Positions 61,321-64,000 of a stretch of 64,000 nucleotides of DNA are shown here, one piece after another. This stretch comes from an uncultured Acidobacteriota bacterium. GTDB lineage: Bacteria > Acidobacteriota > Blastocatellia > RBC074. Below the pieces are notes generated by a model, which did not search any database, was not told where the DNA came from, and worked only from the letters and a program-made list of their open reading frames with translations. Both the position numbers and the translations under genes were made by a program. The number at the start of each line of letters is the position of its first letter. The stretch's first letter is position 1. The DNA lies in contig CAWCKY010000001.1 in assembly GCA_963796275.1 (NCBI GenBank), forward strand, positions 1,260,662 to 1,324,661. Direction: 5' to 3'.

Positions 61321-61364
61321 CACGGAGAGCTGTCTGTGGGACTCGCTATAATTCTTTACAACCT

Positions 61365-61407
61365 GGTCCAATATTGGACGGAACTCTTTCCCGCGACAGC
61401 CTATTAT
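61365..61407 (+). promoter_or_regulatory. Operator plus -10
   Basis: GGTCCAATATTGGACG, 21 nt, TATTAT. Confidence 0.72.
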
Positions 61408-61487
61408 TCAAATGTCATCCGGGTCAAAAAACCATTAGCGCACTTGACCCGGAGCATGCGGGCAAGAACCGAATTTGGAGATGAAGT

Positions 61488-61634
61488 ATGCTTTGGACAA
61501 TTTCCGTTGTTTTTCTCGTTCTTTGGTTGTTGAGCGTGGTAGGCGGCGGCGGCTCGTTGATTCAGGCGCTGCTTGTGATTGCAGCGGTGGTGTTGATCTA
61601 CAAGATGCTCAGCAGGCGTCGGGCGGCGAGCTAA
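61488..61634 (+). CDS. Second lmo0937/DUF5670-like small membrane protein (not in the ORF track)
   Basis: GGAG RBS; MLWTISVVFLVLWLLSVVGGGGSLIQALLVIAAVVLIYKMLSRRRAAS*. Confidence 0.8.
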   Translation: MLWTISVVFLVLWLLSVVGGGGSLIQALLVIAAVVLIYKMLSRRRAAS

Positions 61635-61985
61635 GCGAGCACGCGACCGCCCCATTGGCAGGTCAGGAGTATGCTCTTGGGCGCGCTAACCAAAGATATT
61701 AAGCAGTGCAGGGTTATGTACGGAGGAATAGGATGCTGGAGATATCCAGAGGCTGGTGTGGGAAGTGGTGCAACTCCGTATAGGAGTGGGATCCAATCTC
61801 CCAAAGATAGTATCCCACTCCTTCCCAGGAATGAGTTAGTAGCGTAGTCATTCTCTTCCCCCCCATTACCTTAGTAACTAATCGGGCTTTATTTTCGCAA
61901 TTATGTGGCTAAGCCGGGTCTTTGTGGCTTGGTTCGAAGTCAATCTGTAGCTACTGAAGCTACTGAAGCTACTGAGGAAAGTATC

Positions 61986-62909
61986 ATGAAAAACATTAGA
62001 GTTGGTGCATTAGTGAGCTGCAGGACATTATTTTCGGCTTTCACCTTGCTGGTGGTTATCCTGGCAAGCGACAGCCTGGATGGGGTCTTGGCACAAGGCT
62101 CGAAGGATCGTACGGGTTCGAGAGAGAGGGCGATTGATCGGGCTCAGCAGGCTGTCAGGGAACGGATCACTAGTCGAGAGGGCGGGCGCGATCCGACTGT
62201 GCTTTTTAACAGCGATATCAAAACCGAATTCAAATCGAATCGAGAGGTTCGTGTTCGTGGCACGGGCACTTTCTCGCGGAACAACGATTGGCACAATAAC
62301 CCGCGGAACGACAATTCACGCAACCGCGACAGGCGGTCGAGGAACTTCTCCTACGAAGCAGTAACCAACAACAGCAATGTGTTTGACATCAACTACGATT
62401 GGAGAGGTGGTTGGTCCGACGGTGGCAAAGATCGCGGCAATGGTCGTGATGGCGGTGATGGCTACGGCGACCGGCCGAACGGGCGCGTAAGCTACTCTGG
62501 CTGGATCATGAGCCGGGGCAGTAATAAGGGACTGGACGTGGCCGGCAGAAGCACGCAAGAGGGGGCCAACATTCAACAGTGGGAGTATGGCAATCAGCCC
62601 AATCAAAACTGGGATGTCATAGACCTCAGCAACGGTGAGGTTGCCATCATCAGCCGGCACAGCGGCAAAGCGCTCACAGTCGAGGGCGGCCGTGATAATA
62701 ACGGAGCGAATATCACCCAGCGGAGCTGGAACGACAACGCGCAACAGCGCTGGCGATTGGAACAGGTTGACGACAACTACTACCGGATCGTGAGCGTAGA
62801 CAACGGCAAGTGTCTCGACGTGGCCGGGCAGGGCAGGCAGAACGGGGCGAATATCCAGCTGTGGGATTATGTCAGCCAGACTAACCAGCAGTGGAGGCTC
62901 AGACGATAG
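61986..62909 (+). CDS. Secreted ricin-B (beta-trefoil) lectin domain protein
   Basis: Signal peptide; three repeats LDV...GANIQQW...NQxW. Confidence 0.9.
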   Translation: MKNIRVGALVSCRTLFSAFTLLVVILASDSLDGVLAQGSKDRTGSRERAIDRAQQAVRERITSREGGRDPTVLFNSDIKTEFKSNREVRVRGTGTFSRNNDWHNNPRNDNSRNRDRRSRNFSYEAVTNNSNVFDINYDWRGGWSDGGKDRGNGRDGGDGYGDRPNGRVSYSGWIMSRGSNKGLDVAGRSTQEGANIQQWEYGNQPNQNWDVIDLSNGEVAIISRHSGKALTVEGGRDNNGANITQRSWNDNAQQRWRLEQVDDNYYRIVSVDNGKCLDVAGQGRQNGANIQLWDYVSQTNQQWRLRR

Positions 62910-62959
62910 CCAGGTGGCGCCCGCTCACTCCGGTTTCTTATTGGAAAGGTAGGGTTAAA

Positions 62960-63400
62960 ATGTTTAATGGCTATGCTATCTACCGGCGCAAGGAGCGAGC
63001 CTCCGCGCGCTATGAACTGCCGGTCATGCTACAAATGGGTGACTGGTCTGAAGGAGAGACCGTTACGACAAACACAGTTGTGATGGCACTGTTGTGGCAA
63101 CACTACGGGCTGGATTTGAGCCACCCGGAGGTTAGTCGATGGCTGGAGCAAAACGCGCCCGAAGTGAAATACGCGGTAGCCGAGGACCAACTCGCGACCG
63201 GCGATAACCGCAACAGGTTCAGAATCGGACCAAACGGAATGATGACGGTGTATCTCTCCCTGGAGGTCGATGATAGGTTGAGAGAAGTCTCATCTCGTTA
63301 CATCTTGAGGCAATCGGCTCACTTTATCAGTGGGCGCGGGTGGCACTCTAAGCGGGCACACAACCGCCCCATTATTGTTCGACGATCACGCGGCGTCTGA
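62960..63400 (+). CDS. Hypothetical protein
   Basis: MFNGYAIY... 146-aa ORF following the lectin gene. Confidence 0.6.
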   Translation: MFNGYAIYRRKERASARYELPVMLQMGDWSEGETVTTNTVVMALLWQHYGLDLSHPEVSRWLEQNAPEVKYAVAEDQLATGDNRNRFRIGPNGMMTVYLSLEVDDRLREVSSRYILRQSAHFISGRGWHSKRAHNRPIIVRRSRGV

Positions 63401-63551
63401 CCGGGGGGTGAGATTCGAGTGAGACTGACCGTGAGGGTGGCGCTGCTGAAAAAACTAAATACCGGCTACAAAACACAACCTATACACACTCTTACATTCA
63501 TCCCTGCTGGTATAGGGTTGCCGCTTTCGGCCGGAGAAACCGGAGTAGAAC

Positions 63552-63842
63552 ATGAACATGAGCTGGGAAAGTTTGATCATTCTATTGATCGTGGCCGCCG
63601 TGGTGGGCACGCTCGCACAATTGCTGTCGGGATATTCACGAGGCGGGTTGTTAGGCTCGATCGTGCTCGGCTTCATCGGCGCCCTTATCGGAACCTGGGG
63701 GGCCAGAGAGTTCGGATTACCTGCGATCTTAAATTTGCAAATCGGTGGTACGAACTTCCCCATAGTCTGGGCAATTATCGGAGCAGCGTTGTTCATTTCC
63801 TTCCTGGGGTTGCTGACGAGTCGCCGGTATGTATCTGGATGA
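63552..63842 (+). CDS. GlsB/YeaQ/YmgE (transglycosylase-associated) membrane protein
   Basis: GGLLGSIVLGFIGALIG, IVWAIIGAALF. Confidence 0.88.
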   Translation: MNMSWESLIILLIVAAVVGTLAQLLSGYSRGGLLGSIVLGFIGALIGTWGAREFGLPAILNLQIGGTNFPIVWAIIGAALFISFLGLLTSRRYVSG

Positions 63843-63894
63843 GGATTTACCAGTCAAATGGTTATTGAAAACTGCGGTAGTTTAAGGAGAAAGT

Positions 63895-64000
63895 ATGTTG
63901 AGCAAAGGTGAAATCAAAGGCAAAGTCAGGCAGGTTATGGGCGCCATCAAAGAGAATCTCGGTTGGGTGACCGACGATCACAAAGCCGAGGGCGAGGGCA
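63895..64000 (+). CDS. CsbD family stress protein (partial, runs off the window)
   Basis: AAGGAG RBS; MLSKGEIKGKVRQVMGAIKENLGWVTDD...EGEG. Confidence 0.8.
   Translation, partial: MLSKGEIKGKVRQVMGAIKENLGWVTDDHKAEGEG

Overview
Bacterial DNA that looks acidobacterial (Blastocatellia-like): it carries an acidobacterial-type VWA protein, wHTH-TolB-TPR regulators and CHAT/TPR proteins with an ECF sigma. Many single-base frameshifts, even in groEL, suggest a long-read assembly, and they overlie real gene decay. Left to right: a secreted Ig-domain protein and a PL11 rhamnogalacturonan lyase separated by a REP array; MFS, NPP-type phosphodiesterase, ArsR, VWA and a HisRS-like class II aaRS paralog; a 3.5 kb lasso-type RiPP cassette (fused RRE-peptidase, AsnB-like cyclase and a non-canonical 56-aa precursor missing from the ORF track) flanked by ~115-bp direct repeats containing tRNA-Phe 3' halves; haloperoxidase/PAP2, TPR regulator and amidase; a mosaic of gene remnants; an orphan VgrG-tip/EagR/prePAAR-Rhs/immunity module; ECF sigma/zinc anti-sigma/CHAT protease; sodium:solute symporters with a group II intron remnant. 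From ~46.3 kb there is a general-stress-like island with Crp/Fnr genes, groESL, STAS, SYLF, CsbD, YmgE and DUF883-like genes. In that island eight promoters share a palindrome TGTCC-N6-GGACA placed 21 bp (once 22) before a -10-like hexamer, the class II Crp/Fnr -41.5 geometry. All calls come from reading the sequence and recognising motifs; no searches were run.
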